DNA from: Geobacter sulfurreducens PCA
GTDB lineage: Bacteria > Desulfobacterota > Desulfuromonadia > Geobacterales > Geobacteraceae
NCBI RefSeq assembly: GCF_000007985.2
Contig: NC_002939.5
Coordinates: forward strand, 3,270,001 to 3,302,000
Direction of reading: 5' to 3'
Length of the DNA stretch: 32,000 bases
Both the position numbers and the translations under genes were made by a program. The notes beneath the pieces are model-generated. The model was given only the letters and a program-made list of their open reading frames with translations, had not been told where the DNA came from and did not search any database. Positions 31,287 to 32,000 of this stretch are shown here, in pieces (position 1 is the stretch's first letter; the number at the start of each line of letters is the position of its first letter).

Positions 31287-32000
31287 TAGTCCCCTTCCGC
31301 CACGCCCGCTTCCTCAAAGGTGGCCATTTCCGTCAAAATTCTGACTCCGGCCTCGATGAGTCCCATGGCCAGTGCCCCACCAGTCCCCTCGCCGAGCCGC
31401 AGCTGGAGGTCCAGGATCGGGGCGGCGCCGATGCGGTCGAGCATGACCCGGTGCCCCACTTCCACCGACTGGTGGGCCGCAAAGAGGTAATCCCGCACAT
31501 GGGGATTGAGCTCGCAGGCCACCAGGGCCCCGGCCGTGGAGATGAAGCCGTCCACCACCACCGGCAGCCGGTTTGCGGCGCAGCCGAGGATCAGGCCTGC
31601 AATGCCGGCGATCTCCAGTCCTCCGACTTTTGCCAGCACATCGATAGGATCTTTCGGATCGGGTTGGTTCAGGGCCAGCCCCGCCTCGATAACCCGGACC
31701 TTGTTGGCAAGGGCCTCATCGCCGATGCCGGTCCCCCGGTGGGTCACCGCCGGGACCGGCAGCCCCGAGAAGGCGGCGATAATGGCAGCCGACGGGGTAG
31801 TGTTACCGATACCCATCTCGCCGGTACCGACCAGGGCGATCCCTTCCCGCTTGGCCTCATTCGCCAGATCTATCCCCACCTCCAGGGCGGCGACCGCCTC
31901 CTCCCTGGTCATGGCCGGGCCTCGAGCGAAATTACGGGTGCCCCGGGCCACCTTCCGGACAATGAGGCCGGGGGTGTCGCCGAAATCGTGATCCACCCCG
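31283..32000 (-). CDS. cobT: Nicotinate-nucleotide--dimethylbenzimidazole phosphoribosyltransferase, C-terminal ~238 aa; N-terminus lies beyond the window edge
   Basis: [32 protein letters not shown] and [10 protein letters not shown] are CobT signatures. The reading frame stays open to position 32000. Confidence 0.9.
   Translation of the reverse strand, partial: GVDHDFGDTPGLIVRKVARGTRNFARGPAMTREEAVAALEVGIDLANEAKREGIALVGTGEMGIGNTTPSAAIIAAFSGLPVPAVTHRGTGIGDEALANKVRVIEAGLALNQPDPKDPIDVLAKVGGLEIAGIAGLILGCAANRLPVVVDGFISTAGALVACELNPHVRDYLFAAHQSVEVGHRVMLDRIGAAPILDLQLRLGEGTGGALAMGLIEAGVRILTEMATFEEAGVAEGDY

Noticed and set aside
1-32000. A scan for CRISPR arrays, IS/transposase or integrase genes, tRNA/rRNA genes, and phage or toxin-antitoxin modules.
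   Set aside because: I found no regularly spaced direct repeats, no transposase- or integrase-like translations, and no tRNA- or rRNA-like sequence. The window looks like core chromosome with metal and cobamide metabolism genes.

Overview
GC-rich bacterial chromosomal segment. Gene content and order look like a Geobacter/Desulfuromonadales-type anaerobe, but that assignment is inference from memory, not a search. I call about 33 protein genes. All but two are on the minus strand, tightly packed, with many 1-4 nt start/stop overlaps. There are three modules. (i) 1-5.6 kb: tal (partial), a small TRASH-domain protein and folK, then a NikR-linked outer-membrane metal-uptake set. That set is nikR, a TonB-family protein, a TonB-dependent transporter carrying OprC-like CxxxM/HxM residues, a 330-nt structured leader, and a Cys-rich membrane-anchored protein. 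(ii) 5.6-10.6 kb: zur-znuA-znuC-znuB with a palindromic Zur-box-like operator, then two plus-strand genes (a PCC/DUF296 protein and a J-domain + leucine-rich-repeat protein). (iii) 10.6-32 kb: a large anaerobic cobamide (B12) biosynthesis and cobalt-uptake locus. In transcription order it reads cobT(partial)-cobS-cobC-cbiA-bzaF, a clear cobalamin riboswitch, then cbiMN(fused)-ferritin-like ORF-cbiQ-cbiO-cbiX-cbiC-PNPOx-like ORF-cbiD-cbiET-cbiL-cbiF-cbiG-cbiH::cbiP(fused)-sensor histidine kinase-cbiB-cobD. I saw no rRNA, tRNA, CRISPR array or mobile element. The best candidates for undescribed biology are: the NikR/OprC-like TBDT/Cys-rich protein module with its structured leader; the ferritin-like gene translationally coupled inside cbiMNQO; the PNPOx-like flavoprotein gene coupled between cbiC and cbiD; the orphan histidine kinase coupled inside the cob operon; and the J-domain-LRR protein. 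All functional calls come from reading the translated ORFs and motifs by eye. No database search was run.
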